A DNA stretch of 64,000 nucleotides from assembly GCA_040220235.1 (NCBI GenBank), contig JAVJTO010000026.1, one strand, 5' to 3'. Both the position numbers and the translations under genes were made by a program. Shown here in pieces: positions 29,583 through 40,395 of this stretch (position 1 is its first letter; the number at the start of each line of letters is the position of its first letter). This DNA comes from Coleofasciculus sp. B1-GNL1-01. Its GTDB lineage: Bacteria; Cyanobacteriota; Cyanobacteriia; Cyanobacteriales; Coleofasciculaceae. The notes under the pieces were generated by a model that worked only from the letters and a program-made list of their open reading frames with translations, was not told the DNA's origin and made no database searches.

Positions 29583-30323
29583 ATGTCAGTAACTACCAAG
29601 CCTTCCCTGCGAGAGCAACAACACCCCCTGATTCGCCAATTAGCCGACTGTATTGAAGCTAACTGGCGGCGTTACCTGGATTTGTCGCCCTATCAGCTTC
29701 CTGCTGATTTAGGCTATGTAGAAGGACGTCTAGAGGGTGAGAAACTCACGATTGAAAACTGTTGTTATCAAACACCACAGTTTCGCAAACTACACTTGGA
29801 ACTAGCAAAAGTGGGAACAATGCTTGACATTCTCCACTGTGTTATGTTCCCTCGCCCAGAGTATGACCTACCCATGTTCGGCTGCGATCTAGTCGGCGGA
29901 CGCGGGAAAATCAGTGCCGCGATCGCAGACCTTTCTCCAGTGAATGCTCAGCGTATCTTACCTGACATTTACCGTCAACCGTTAAACGCTTTACCTACCC
30001 CTAATTTCCAAGATGTCCGTGAATTACCAGAGTGGGGCGATATTTTCTCTGAATTTTGCATTTTTATTCGACCCAACACCCCTGAAGAGGAACACCAATT
30101 TTTATCGCGAGTAGAGAATTTTCTGCAAATTCATTGTACTCAGGCGGTTAATGCGACACCGATTTCGGCTGAAGACCAAGCAGAAGTTTTAGCGGGTCAG
30201 CATTATTATTGCACCAAGCAGCAGCAGAATGATAAAACCCGTCGTGTCCTAGAAAAAGCATTTGGTGCGGATTGGGCAGAGTATTATATGACAACGGTAT
30301 TGTTTGACTTGCCATCGATGTGA
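29583..30323 (+). CDS. pcyA: Phycocyanobilin:ferredoxin oxidoreductase
   Basis: [33 protein letters not shown]. Confidence 0.96.
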   Translation: MSVTTKPSLREQQHPLIRQLADCIEANWRRYLDLSPYQLPADLGYVEGRLEGEKLTIENCCYQTPQFRKLHLELAKVGTMLDILHCVMFPRPEYDLPMFGCDLVGGRGKISAAIADLSPVNAQRILPDIYRQPLNALPTPNFQDVRELPEWGDIFSEFCIFIRPNTPEEEHQFLSRVENFLQIHCTQAVNATPISAEDQAEVLAGQHYYCTKQQQNDKTRRVLEKAFGADWAEYYMTTVLFDLPSM

Positions 30324-30495
30324 TTGGTCATTTATCCTTTGTCATTTGTCCTTTGGCTTTTGTCATTCGTTGATTCAGACATCTCTTCCATCTCTTCCAT
30401 TTCCCCTATCCTATTAGACGTGCCTTACTCCGAGCGTCTATAACTGAAGGAGGGGCGCGAATTCTAGAGATTAATCCTATTTATCTTAGGACGAT

Positions 30496-31914
30496 ATGGG
30501 GCATAAACCAGGGATGGACGAAGGACTATTTTCAAAACCGATAACTCGTTGGGCGATCGCGCTGGCTGTGGGTGGAACTCTGGCGACTGGAGTGGCGGCG
30601 ATTTACAGCCTAAATCAGACTCAACTGCGTCCAACTCAATCACATTCACAGCCGACGGCGACACCCGCAATCGAAGCGGTAACTGCCTTAGGGCGCTTGG
30701 AACCGGCTGGCGAAGTAATCACAATATCCGCTCCCACATCGCTGGAGGGCGCTAGTGTAGTGGAAGCATTACTGGTTTCGGAAGGCGATCGCGTTCGGGA
30801 AAATCAAGTGATTGCGATTATGGATAACCGCGATCGCTTGCAAGCGGCTGTCGATCTGGCTAAAAAACAAGTTGAAATTGCTCAAGCCAATCTGGAACGA
30901 GTGAAAGCAGGTGCTAAAGCGGGTGCAATTCAAGCCCAACAGGAAACCATTAATCGCCTGGAAAAAGAATTAGAGGGAGAAACAAAAGCCCAACAGAGCA
31001 AAATTAATCGCTTAGAAACTGAACTGAGAGAAACCACCAAAGCTCAAGAAGCCACGATTCAAGCCCAACAAGCCACCGTTAAAGGTCAAGAAGCTACGAT
31101 TAGACGACTCGAGGCAGAAAAACGTAACGCTGACAACGACTTTGCCCGCTATCAGCAGTTAGCCGAAGATGGAGCCATTTCTACCTCAGAATTAGAAAGT
31201 CGCCGTTTGAGGGTGGAAACAGCCCTAGAACGCCTGAGTGAGGCACAAGAAAACCTCAGTCAACAACAGGCGAATCTAATTCAAGCCGAAGCAAACAAAG
31301 CTCAAACCATCGCTAATCTTAACGAACAGCTAGAAGAAGCCAGAGTCAACCGCAATAAAACAATCGCTATTCTAGAAGCTCGGATTAAAGAAGAAGAAGC
31401 CCGCCTCGAAGAGATTAAAGAAATTCGTCCGGTTGATATTAAAAAAGCCGAAGCTGAAGTGGAAAGTACACTAGCTGCCGTTGAACAAGCCCAAGCTGAT
31501 TTAGATTCATTAGCTTATGTGCGGGCTTCAGAAGATGGTCGAATTTTAGAGATTAATACCCGGGCTGGAGAAACTATTAAAGAAGGGGAAGGAATTGTTG
31601 AACTTGGAAAAACAGACGAGATGATAGTGGTTGCTGAAGTCTACGAAAGCGATATTAGCCAAGTACGTCTCGGACAACGTGTTGCCATCCGTAGCGAAGG
31701 CAAAGCATTTGAGAAAAAACTGCAAGGAAATGTCAGCCAAATTGGACTAAAGATCGGCAAAAAAGATATTCTGGATACCGATCCGGCTGCTGATGTTGAT
31801 GCCAGAGTCGTGGAAGTGAATATTCGTCTCCGTCCAGAAGATAGCCAAAAAGTTACTGGCTTAACTAATTCAAAAGTTATCGTAGAAATCTTCCTTGAAT
31901 CAGAGTTGAATTAA
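30496..31914 (+). CDS. devB: DevB-family ABC exporter membrane fusion protein
   Basis: VTALGRLEP, long coiled coil, VAEVYESDI, DARVVEV. Confidence 0.88.
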   Translation: MGHKPGMDEGLFSKPITRWAIALAVGGTLATGVAAIYSLNQTQLRPTQSHSQPTATPAIEAVTALGRLEPAGEVITISAPTSLEGASVVEALLVSEGDRVRENQVIAIMDNRDRLQAAVDLAKKQVEIAQANLERVKAGAKAGAIQAQQETINRLEKELEGETKAQQSKINRLETELRETTKAQEATIQAQQATVKGQEATIRRLEAEKRNADNDFARYQQLAEDGAISTSELESRRLRVETALERLSEAQENLSQQQANLIQAEANKAQTIANLNEQLEEARVNRNKTIAILEARIKEEEARLEEIKEIRPVDIKKAEAEVESTLAAVEQAQADLDSLAYVRASEDGRILEINTRAGETIKEGEGIVELGKTDEMIVVAEVYESDISQVRLGQRVAIRSEGKAFEKKLQGNVSQIGLKIGKKDILDTDPAADVDARVVEVNIRLRPEDSQKVTGLTNSKVIVEIFLESELN

Positions 31915-32091
31915 TTGACAACTATGTCCTTTAGCGAAGCGAAGGATTAAGTCGCGGCGGATTTAGTTACATCAGGGTAAGGCAATAAATGATAATAGTA
32001 AAGCCTGCCCCTACACACCCCTTAAAATTTAATACCATACCCTCAAACAACGTGAAGGGTCAACACTCAAAACTCAACCCTCGAAACTTCA

Positions 32092-33240
32092 ATGAAAATT
32101 CCACTCGCTTGGTTACAACTAAGCCGCGAAAAAATCCGATTATTGGTCGCGATCGCGGGAATTGGCTTTGCTGATATTTTAATGTTTATGCAGCTTGGTT
32201 TCCGCGATGCCTTGTTTGAAAGTAATGTAACCCTACATAACAAGTTAAAAGGTGACATTTTTCTGATTAGCCCTCAGTCTACCGCAGCTATCGCCATGAA
32301 AAGTTTTCCCCAGCGGCGATTATATCAAGCGTTGGGCTTTGAGGGGGTTCAATCCATTAGTCCACTCTATATGGATTTTGGGTTATGGAAAAATCCGCAA
32401 ACTCGAGCAACTCGTGCCATTATGGTTTTGGGGTTTAATCCAGCTAACCCAGTATTAGACCTACCGGATGTCAACCAAAATTTGAATAAAATAAAAATAG
32501 AAGATGGAGTGTTATTCGATGACACTTCTCGACCTGAATATGGTTCAATTTCTCAACTCTTTCGTCAAAACGAAGAGGTAACGACAGAAGTAGAAGACCG
32601 CCGCATCCGAGTGGTAGGATTATTTAGTCTAGGCGCTTCATTTGCTGCCGATGGAAATATTGTTACAAGTGATCTCAATTTTTTGCGGATTTTTCCGCGA
32701 CGAGATAAGGGACTCATTGATATTGGTATCGTTCAATTACAACCAGGAGCAAATATCCAAAATGTTTTAACTAACATGAGACAGGAATTTCCGGATGATG
32801 TCACAATTTTGTCCAAGCAAGAATTTATCGATTTTGAAAAAAATTACTGGCAAACCAGTACCGCGATCGGTTTTGTCTTCACTTTGGGGACAGTAATGGG
32901 GTTTGTTGTCGGTACGGTGATTGTTTATCAAATTCTTTATACCGATGTTTCTGATCATTTACCCGAATATGCCACCCTCAAAGCCATGGGCTATACCAAT
33001 CGTTATTTATTGATGGTGGTTTTCCAAGAAGCGCTGATTCTGGCAATTTTAGGATATATTCCGGGAATGGTAATTGCGTCGGGATTATATGGTTTAACCA
33101 AAGCAGCAACTCGTTTACCGATGATAATGACGTTAAGCAAAACGATAACGATCCTAATCTTGACAATTATGATGTGTTGTGTATCAGGGGCAATTGCTGT
33201 GCGGAAACTCAAAGCTGCTGATCCGGCGGATGTTTTTTAG
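32092..33240 (+). CDS. devC: DevC-family ABC permease
   Basis: PLAWLQL, FMQLGF, YQILYTDVSDHLPEYATLKAMGY, ADPADVF. Confidence 0.92.
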   Translation: MKIPLAWLQLSREKIRLLVAIAGIGFADILMFMQLGFRDALFESNVTLHNKLKGDIFLISPQSTAAIAMKSFPQRRLYQALGFEGVQSISPLYMDFGLWKNPQTRATRAIMVLGFNPANPVLDLPDVNQNLNKIKIEDGVLFDDTSRPEYGSISQLFRQNEEVTTEVEDRRIRVVGLFSLGASFAADGNIVTSDLNFLRIFPRRDKGLIDIGIVQLQPGANIQNVLTNMRQEFPDDVTILSKQEFIDFEKNYWQTSTAIGFVFTLGTVMGFVVGTVIVYQILYTDVSDHLPEYATLKAMGYTNRYLLMVVFQEALILAILGYIPGMVIASGLYGLTKAATRLPMIMTLSKTITILILTIMMCCVSGAIAVRKLKAADPADVF

Positions 33241-33369
33241 CGGGTGAATAAGCTCTGTTATTGGTAGGAAAGGGCGGGTTTTGTTGTTCCGTTATTGGTG
33301 AATAGCGAAATTTAGTCCCTAAACCCGCCCCTACAAGAGATGTATGAAATTATAATAGATTTATGATTT

Positions 33370-34101
33370 ATGACTTATCACGTATTACCTAAATCTCCTG
33401 TTGTCTCGATTAAAAATCTAAACCATTACTTTGGTAAAGGTTCTCTCCGCAAACAAATTCTCTTTGATATCAACCTAGAACTATTACCGGGAGAAATTGT
33501 CTTGGTGACAGGTCCTTCGGGTTCAGGTAAAACGACCTTGTTAACGCTAATTGGCGGCTTACGTTCACCCCAATCCGGTTCTGTTCAAGTTTTAGGACAG
33601 GAACTTGTCAGTGCGACTGAAGAAAAACTGGTGCAAGTGCGTCGTCATATTGGTTATATCTTTCAATCTCATAATTTACTCAAGAGTCTTACGGCTTGCC
33701 AAAACGTGCAAATGTCTGTGGAACTTCACCCGGATATTTCTCCCGTCGAGGCGGTAGCGAAATCAACCGCACTATTAACCACAGTGGGTTTAACCAATCA
33801 TCTTAATCACTACCCGGATAACCTTTCTGGCGGGCAAAAACAGCGGGTTGCGATCGCACGAGCGTTAGTGAGTCGTCCTCAGTTAGTTCTAGCTGACGAA
33901 CCCACAGCAGCTTTGGATAGTCAATCAGGGCGGAAGGTAGTGGAATTAATGCAACAGTTAGCAAAACAACAAGGATGCACCATTCTACTTGTGACCCACG
34001 ATAATCGGATTTTAGATATTGCGGATCGGATTATTCATATCGAAGATGGACATATTCACCGAAGTAATCAGCATGACCTTGAGCGAAGCGAAGGGTCATA
34101 A
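33370..34101 (+). CDS. devA: DevA-family ABC ATP-binding protein
   Basis: GPSGSGKTT, LSGGQKQR, ADEPTAALD, VTHDNRILD. Confidence 0.92.
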   Translation: MTYHVLPKSPVVSIKNLNHYFGKGSLRKQILFDINLELLPGEIVLVTGPSGSGKTTLLTLIGGLRSPQSGSVQVLGQELVSATEEKLVQVRRHIGYIFQSHNLLKSLTACQNVQMSVELHPDISPVEAVAKSTALLTTVGLTNHLNHYPDNLSGGQKQRVAIARALVSRPQLVLADEPTAALDSQSGRKVVELMQQLAKQQGCTILLVTHDNRILDIADRIIHIEDGHIHRSNQHDLERSEGS

Positions 34102-34161
34102 GTAATAAGTAGGGCTTGCTGACCACTAACTGCTATTATTAAATCGATATTCTAAAGACCT

Positions 34162-36096
34162 GTGTTACTTTTTCAAGACTTTCATCCCCTAGTGGCGATC
34201 GCAACCACTCCTACCGCCGCCCAAACCTTACAGCCTCTGTGCCGTAGCGCCGGGGCGACGTTGTGGCTTCCTGAGTCTCTTCATACCTCTGAACAGAACA
34301 ATAGTCCCACAGTATCGTTCTATCAGGGTTCTCTTAAATCCCATATCGCCTCCCTCTGGCACAATCATCGCGCTTTTATTTTTGGATTAGCAACGGGGGC
34401 GGTGGTTCGCCTGATTGCCCCGCTTTTAAAGGATAAATCCTCTGATCCAGCGGTTATCGTTGTCGATGAAACCGGGCAGTTTGTGATTAGTTTATGCAGT
34501 GGACATCAAGGGAAAGCCGATCAACTGACGCGGATGATTGCCTTGCAACTAGGGGCGACTCCTATTTTAACTGGGGGTTCTACAGGGTTAAATTTACCTG
34601 CTGTCGATATGGTAGGTATTCCCTTCGGTTGGCAACGGGGTGAGGGAGATTGGACGGGTGTCAGCGCCGCCGTAGCTAAAGGTGAACGGGTTGAGGTAAT
34701 GCAAGAGGTGGGTTCTCAGTTGTGGCAAAATCATCTCCCCTCAGGACATCCCTTTGTTTTCGATGCTGATGAAGAGACAGTTGATGTTAATTCAGCCAAT
34801 CCAAAACCAATTAATGCCCGGATTTGGATTAGTTTTACTCAGCGTCGCTTTTCTCCAGACTCTGATTTACCCAAGGTGCAATGGCATCCACGGGTATTAT
34901 GGGTGGGGATTGGTTGTGAACGGGGAACATCCAGAGAATTAATTGAAACGGCGATCATTCAAACCTGTCAACGGTATCATCTAGCCCTAGGTGCGATCGC
35001 GGGAATTGCCACAATTGATATTAAAGCCTCGGAAGTGGGATTGGTGGAATTTTGTCAAGCCCATGATTTTCCCTTGCGAACCTTTCCGGCAAAGGTGTTG
35101 CGTTCGGTAACGGTGCCTACGCCATCAACGGTGGTGGATCAGGCAGTGGGTAGTCCCAGTGTGGCAGAAGCCGCCGCCTTAGTTTGTAGTGAACGCTTTA
35201 GCGCTTGTAGTCAGCGCTTTAGCGCTTCTGGCACTAACGTACCGACTACGAACCTACTGGTAAAAAAACAAATTGTTCGGGCAGATGATCAACCCGGGGC
35301 GGTAACGGTGGCGATTGCTGTGGCGGAACAAGAGTATACGGGTAGAATTGGACAACTGTTGTTGGTGGGTATGGGACCCGGAGAGTTAGACCAAATAACG
35401 CCAGCCGCAAAAACGGCACTCTCTCAGGCTGATGCGGTAATCGGTTATTCTCTCTATATTGATTTAATTTCCCCGATTCTGCATCCTGGACAAATTATTG
35501 AATCTCTGCCAATTACCCAGGAACGCCAACGGGCGCAACGGGCGATTGAGTTAGCCCAGTGGGGATTAACGGTGGCGGTTGTGTCATCGGGGGATTGTGG
35601 GATTTACGGGATGGCGGGATTAGTGTTGGAGGAACTAAAAGCCCAAGGGTGGGATGGGAAGACACCAAGGGTGCAAGTTTTTCCCGGAATCACCGCCCTG
35701 CAAGCAGCGGCGTCTCGCGTGGGTGCGCCCCTGATGCATGATTTTTGTGCGATTAGTTTAAGTAACCTGCTGACGCCTTGGGATGTAATTGAAAAGCGCC
35801 TGAATGCTGCTGCTCAAGCGGATTTCGTTATTGCTTTATATAATCCGCGATCGCGCACCCGTATCGAACAACTGACAATCGCCCATCGTATTTTACTTCA
35901 ATACCGTTCTCCCCAAACCCCAGTCGCGATCGTGCGATCGGCTTATCGAGAGGATGAAGAAATCACGCTTTCCACACTTGACAAATTACTCGATATTCCC
36001 ATTGACATGCTGACCACTGTACTCATTGGCAATCAAAGTACCCGTCTTCACGGAGATTGGATGATTACACCACGGGGATACACCCTTAACGGTTAA
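34162..36096 (+). CDS. cobJ: CbiG-CobJ fusion (precorrin-3B C17-methyltransferase)
   Basis: CbiG ATGAVVR/DPAV/GIGCERG/SVAEAAAL, then GMGPG, SSGDCGIYGMAG, HDFCAISLS, ITPRGY. Confidence 0.92.
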   Translation: MLLFQDFHPLVAIATTPTAAQTLQPLCRSAGATLWLPESLHTSEQNNSPTVSFYQGSLKSHIASLWHNHRAFIFGLATGAVVRLIAPLLKDKSSDPAVIVVDETGQFVISLCSGHQGKADQLTRMIALQLGATPILTGGSTGLNLPAVDMVGIPFGWQRGEGDWTGVSAAVAKGERVEVMQEVGSQLWQNHLPSGHPFVFDADEETVDVNSANPKPINARIWISFTQRRFSPDSDLPKVQWHPRVLWVGIGCERGTSRELIETAIIQTCQRYHLALGAIAGIATIDIKASEVGLVEFCQAHDFPLRTFPAKVLRSVTVPTPSTVVDQAVGSPSVAEAAALVCSERFSACSQRFSASGTNVPTTNLLVKKQIVRADDQPGAVTVAIAVAEQEYTGRIGQLLLVGMGPGELDQITPAAKTALSQADAVIGYSLYIDLISPILHPGQIIESLPITQERQRAQRAIELAQWGLTVAVVSSGDCGIYGMAGLVLEELKAQGWDGKTPRVQVFPGITALQAAASRVGAPLMHDFCAISLSNLLTPWDVIEKRLNAAAQADFVIALYNPRSRTRIEQLTIAHRILLQYRSPQTPVAIVRSAYREDEEITLSTLDKLLDIPIDMLTTVLIGNQSTRLHGDWMITPRGYTLNG

Positions 36097-36264
36097 TCTA
36101 TTAAGATAAACACTCCCAGGGGGGAAACCAAAGCCATTAGAATACCCTCCCCTTGACAAGGAGAGGGTTAGGAAGATGTCAAGTTAAGGTATTACAAATT
36201 TTTGACCTTAACACCAATAGAGATATCGTGTCCCTACGCTGTCTCACAGAGACATCAAATAGGC

Positions 36265-36456
36265 TTACATGATTCCTAATGTGTGCAGAACTCCTTGACC
36301 CGAAAAGTACTCAACGAATAGGGCAACAATGAAGCCTAGCATGGCTAGACGACCATTCCAAATTTCGGCTTGGGGGCTAAAGCCAAATTTCCAAGCATTG
36401 CGTTCTTCGGGACTGGTAATGGTTTCGGGTGCTGGTGTATTTGATGGGTTTGTCAT
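36265..36456 (-). CDS. High-light-inducible protein (Hli/SCP)
   Basis: GFSPQAEIWNGRLAMLGF chlorophyll-binding motif. Confidence 0.93.
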   Translation of the reverse strand: MTNPSNTPAPETITSPEERNAWKFGFSPQAEIWNGRLAMLGFIVALFVEYFSGQGVLHTLGIM

Positions 36457-36491
36457 AGTGCAATTCTCCGCTTTAGTTATCTATAATTGCC

Positions 36492-36509
36492 TTTGTAAAC
36501 AAATGTAAC
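36492..36509 (-). promoter_or_regulatory. HLR1 (RpaB-binding) element upstream of hli
   Basis: Minus strand GTTACATT-TG-TTTACAAA matches the (G/T)TTACA(T/A)(T/A)-N2 direct repeat. Confidence 0.75.
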
Positions 36510-36674
36510 CTGGATTGAGGCTAACGTTATCCCTCTTAGGTGGGAAACTCCTGGATTATTGCTCCTCGTTCCTAGAATACCCGTCTATTGACACTCAGCC
36601 GATTAAAGCGCGGGGGCTTTCACCTCCGCTATCCTGTAACTTGATACGGATGGATAATGTTGTACTCCTACAAA

Positions 36675-36881
36675 TTATGCTGATCGATTGAGTTCTGTTG
36701 ATAGCTGCTGCCAATCGGGTAATCGAGCATCCTGTGTCTGCCGTTGAGAAACAACTATCCTCTGCAAAACTCTAAAATTCTCTAAAAATGCCATGTCTTC
36801 GATATCAATCTGGGGTTGTTGGCAAAGATCGACATACCGTCGGGCGTTTAAGGATAACCAGAGTTCTAAATCACTTAACAT
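36675..36881 (-). CDS. Small hypothetical protein
   Basis: 68-aa ATG ORF in an otherwise empty gap; no recognisable family. Confidence 0.45.
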   Translation of the reverse strand: MLSDLELWLSLNARRYVDLCQQPQIDIEDMAFLENFRVLQRIVVSQRQTQDARLPDWQQLSTELNRSA

Positions 36882-37212
36882 TGACTTCAGCCTAAACTTT
36901 GTCTCAGTTTAGCTTTGTAGATTCGAGAGTAATAGGGAATATTTTCGGATATTTTACTCACTAAATTAAGAGGAACCTGGTAAAAATACGCAAGAAAATA
37001 CTTGAGGAATTAATCTACCAGTAAGGAGTAAAGTTAATTCTGAGCAATTACCCGCTCCTAGAAAAGCTTATTCTATCCTTGAACAGTCTTGCCCACCCTA
37101 CATAAAATCTAATCAAGTATCATTCCTCACCATTAACAGGCGATAGATAAGGGTAGGATAAAGACAGGCTAACTACTGAATGTTTTTATCTCCGGTTCTC
37201 TCACCGGATTTA

Positions 37213-37839
37213 CTAGCAAATTAAACCGCCTTTGTCAAGATCCCCCATCTGGAGCTTGATAAAATCAATCACGGTTGCTAATCCGTCCTGAGTCTTTAAA
37301 TTTGTAAAGACAAATGGCTTATCACCTCGCATCTTTTTGGCGTCTCGTTCCATAACACCCAAATCAGCCCCAACCATTGGCGCTAGGTCTATTTTATTAA
37401 TCACCAATAAATCCGATTTAGTGATTCCGGGTCCGCCTTTGCGGGGAATCTTGTCACCGGCGGCGACATCTATCACGTAAAGGGTCAAATCAACGAGTTC
37501 TGGGCTAAAGGTGGCGGCTAGGTTATCCCCCCCACTTTCTAAGAAGACTAAATCTAAGGGGGTGAACTTCTGTTCTAACTCTTCAATTGCCGCTAAATTC
37601 AGGGATGCATCCTCCCGAATCGCCGTATGCGGGCAACCTCCCGTTTCCACACCCCGGATGCGATCGCGCTCTAATGCTTGAGAGTTTACCAGAAACTGGG
37701 CATCTTCCTGGGTGTAAATGTCATTGGTGACGACAGCCATTTGATAGGATGCCCGCATTGCCTTACACAAAGCATCCAATAAAGCGGTTTTTCCGGAACC
37801 CACGGGTCCTGCAATACCAACGCGAAATGTATTCATCAA
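37213..37839 (-). CDS. ureG: Urease accessory GTPase UreG
   Basis: [32 protein letters not shown]. Confidence 0.96.
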   Translation of the reverse strand: MMNTFRVGIAGPVGSGKTALLDALCKAMRASYQMAVVTNDIYTQEDAQFLVNSQALERDRIRGVETGGCPHTAIREDASLNLAAIEELEQKFTPLDLVFLESGGDNLAATFSPELVDLTLYVIDVAAGDKIPRKGGPGITKSDLLVINKIDLAPMVGADLGVMERDAKKMRGDKPFVFTNLKTQDGLATVIDFIKLQMGDLDKGGLIC

Positions 37840-37884
37840 CCGTGCTTGAGATGTGATTTATTAACTATAAATTTACTATTATTT

Positions 37885-38007
37885 TTACGGCTTTTCTCTG
37901 TAGGGATGCGATCGCACGTCTGCAATGGCTGTAACCCCGTGTTACTCGATGAGCGCGATAAACGCCTCAATGGTGTGATTAGAATGACCAATTGTAAATA
38001 CATTCAT
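37885..38007 (-). pseudogene. Truncated DUF488-family 5' fragment
   Basis: MNVFTIGHSNHTIEAFIALIE*HGVTAIADVRSHPY; internal TAA at 37942-37944, similarity ends just after a HIP1 site. Confidence 0.7.
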
Positions 38008-38039
38008 GACTATTGCTCATACAAGTCAACAGCTAATTT

Positions 38040-38648
38040 TTATGAGGACAGTTGTGATTGAATAAAATTATAACCCTGATCGAATTTCCAGATCATCCGG
38101 CAATTGAATTGATTCACTTCATTACTAATATCAGGATCATCAAAATCTCTTGTGTTCCGGTTGAGGAAACATGAGACTTGGGGTTGATACTGCCGCAAAT
38201 GGCTAATAACTGATGCATACACGATAGCATCTTGCGGTTCTAAGCCGTAAACAACTTCATAGTTTGCTGCATCACTGAGGATATCGGCAGTCAGTGCAAT
38301 AATGTCTGCACTTTCCAAGAGTCGTTCTCGATACTGTACAAAACGCTGTTTCTCCTCTTCATTAATCTGCATCAGCAACATAGGAATGTCTTCAATGTTG
38401 CTAATACGACTATGATATGATTTTGTGCGTTTAAGTTGATTTAACTCCTTGACAAGATCTTGTTCAAGCTTCTTACGGCTGGTTTCTTGACGAATTAATT
38501 TTTCATGGGGTTCAGCCAAACTATAGGCAGGTATGACCAGTTGTATCCGTTTGGCTTCACAACGTTGCAAAATTTGTTCACAGCTTTCAAACTCTTCTTG
38601 CTGGAAGGCTAATTCCAGGACAAAGTTAGTTTCGACATAGACATTCAC
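38040..38648 (-). CDS. PIN-domain protein
   Basis: VYVETNFV, SLAE, PQDAIVYAS, FLNRNTRDF. Confidence 0.75.
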   Translation of the reverse strand: MNVYVETNFVLELAFQQEEFESCEQILQRCEAKRIQLVIPAYSLAEPHEKLIRQETSRKKLEQDLVKELNQLKRTKSYHSRISNIEDIPMLLMQINEEEKQRFVQYRERLLESADIIALTADILSDAANYEVVYGLEPQDAIVYASVISHLRQYQPQVSCFLNRNTRDFDDPDISNEVNQFNCRMIWKFDQGYNFIQSQLSS

Positions 38649-39157
38649 ACCACAACCTCATAATCAAACTTACCCCCAGCGATGGCTTCATATAGTCCTG
38701 AATCAACTAACCATTGCTGAGATTCATCAATCTCTACAGGGAATTTATCAGAATGCATTACTGGCAAAAGCCATGATTCAATAATCAATTCTAAACTCTG
38801 ACGACTGATTTGTTTAGCCGTGATTCCAGCTTTTTCATAGTACGATTGAAGGATAGGGCGTGCATCAATCGAGTAAGTGGGTTGGTTCTGATCTGATTGG
38901 GCATCAACACCCGTCCATAAGTAGAAGCGATCGAGAAAAACCATCAGGAAATAGGGGGCTTTGTAAAACGTTCCGTGTGCGAGAATATTGCGGCGGAATT
39001 GTGCTGCCCAGTCTGGCGATGTATTGAGTTTAGGTTTAACTTCAATATCGAGAATTCGTTGACCATTACGGTTGTAAACTGACAAGTCCCAGTCATCATT
39101 CCCCTGAGGATAAGAAATAGGATATTGAATCGGCTTGGGTACTAAGTTACCTTTCAT
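38645..39157 (-). CDS. Hypothetical protein with PD-(D/E)XK-like motif
   Basis: WDLSVY...ILDIEVK; 4-bp overlap with the PIN gene. Confidence 0.65.
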   Translation of the reverse strand: MKGNLVPKPIQYPISYPQGNDDWDLSVYNRNGQRILDIEVKPKLNTSPDWAAQFRRNILAHGTFYKAPYFLMVFLDRFYLWTGVDAQSDQNQPTYSIDARPILQSYYEKAGITAKQISRQSLELIIESWLLPVMHSDKFPVEIDESQQWLVDSGLYEAIAGGKFDYEVVV

Positions 39158-39643
39158 TTTGTTTTTGCCGCAAACGTTACTATAGTAATCCTAGCTTAGA
39201 TGATCTAGATAGTTCGTTACCAGTAGGGACACGGCATTGCCGTGTCCTTACTCATTCTGCTTGGTAGCAGATAACCTCTGGGGTAGGTAGGGGTTCTAGG
39301 GATGCAACACGTCACAATCGCTGTAACTCTATGCTGTTGTGGGAGAGCGATGAAGGATGAATAGTTCTTCGGTGCAATAAATTTGTCATTTCTGCTAAAA
39401 ATAGCAGATTTCCCGATTCGCGATCAGGAGCAGTGTCGTGGGCTGGGGCGATCTGCTGGATCTGGACTGACACAGCTAAAAAGTTGGGATAAATTTGACA
39501 GTTGATAGCCGACGGTTTGATGGGCGCACGTCGGTGCGCCCCTACAATGCTAAATCCACTAAATTAGGTGTGCTACGCCAGATCACACGAGACAAGTTGG
39601 TGTGATAAATTTGAATTACACTTTTAGATTCGGCTCGTCTGTT

Positions 39644-40060
39644 GTGGCTAAAGATCGGTTTCATCAAGTTGTTAAGACTGCTCTTATTAAGGATGGATGG
39701 AATGTGACTCATGATCCGCTTAGGATTAAAGTCGGTGGAGTAGAGATGGAAATTGATTTGGGGGCAGAAAGATTACTGGCTGCGGAGCGAGGCGATGAGA
39801 AAATTGCGGTTGAAGTCAAAAGTTTTTTAGCTAGTGCATCGGCAATTTCAGAGTTTCATACTGCACCAACTCAGTTTATTAACTATCGGGCGGCATTGCG
39901 TCGTGAAGAACCTGACCGCATTCTCTATCTAGCTGTGCCAGATCTAACCTATAATAGCTTCTTTCAACTTGATTTTCCCGCATCAATGCTGCAAGAAAAT
40001 GCTGTAAAAATAATGGTTTACAATATTGAGGTGGAGGAAGTTTTACAATGGCAGAAATAA
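39644..40060 (+). CDS. xisH: XisH-family protein
   Basis: AKDRFHQVVKTALIKDGW, IDLGAERL, KIAVEVKSF, LYLAVP. Confidence 0.9.
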   Translation: MAKDRFHQVVKTALIKDGWNVTHDPLRIKVGGVEMEIDLGAERLLAAERGDEKIAVEVKSFLASASAISEFHTAPTQFINYRAALRREEPDRILYLAVPDLTYNSFFQLDFPASMLQENAVKIMVYNIEVEEVLQWQK

Positions 40061-40395
40061 CGGATAAAGTAATCAAATATCAGCAAATTGTGCAGAAATT
40101 GTTGATAGATTATGCAGAGGTTAAGCCAGCTTATGGTGAGTTCGAGGTGGAGACAATCTTTGATACGCAGCGAAATCACTATCAAGTTGTGCATCTAGGT
40201 TGGCACCATAGGCGCTGGGTGCATCATTGTTTAATGCATCTGGATATTCGGAATGATAAAATCTGGATTTTTTACAATTCAACAGAGCATGATATTGCGG
40301 CAGAATTAGTCGATTTGGGTGTGCCAAAACATGATATTGTCCTAGGGTTTCATCCTCCTTTCATGCGTGAAATGACTGATTATGCAGTGGGCTAA
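40048..40395 (+). CDS. xisI: XisI-family protein
   Basis: DTQRNHYQ, GW, HLDIRNDKIWI, GVPKHDIVLGFHPP. Confidence 0.92.
   Translation: MAEITDKVIKYQQIVQKLLIDYAEVKPAYGEFEVETIFDTQRNHYQVVHLGWHHRRWVHHCLMHLDIRNDKIWIFYNSTEHDIAAELVDLGVPKHDIVLGFHPPFMREMTDYAVG

Noticed and set aside
30496..34101. devBCA as a sign of heterocyst formation
   Set aside because: DevBCA-like exporters are widespread in non-heterocystous cyanobacteria
39644..40395. xisHI as evidence of an fdxN-type excision element
   Set aside because: No XisF recombinase or interrupted gene nearby; stand-alone xisHI pairs are common in cyanobacteria
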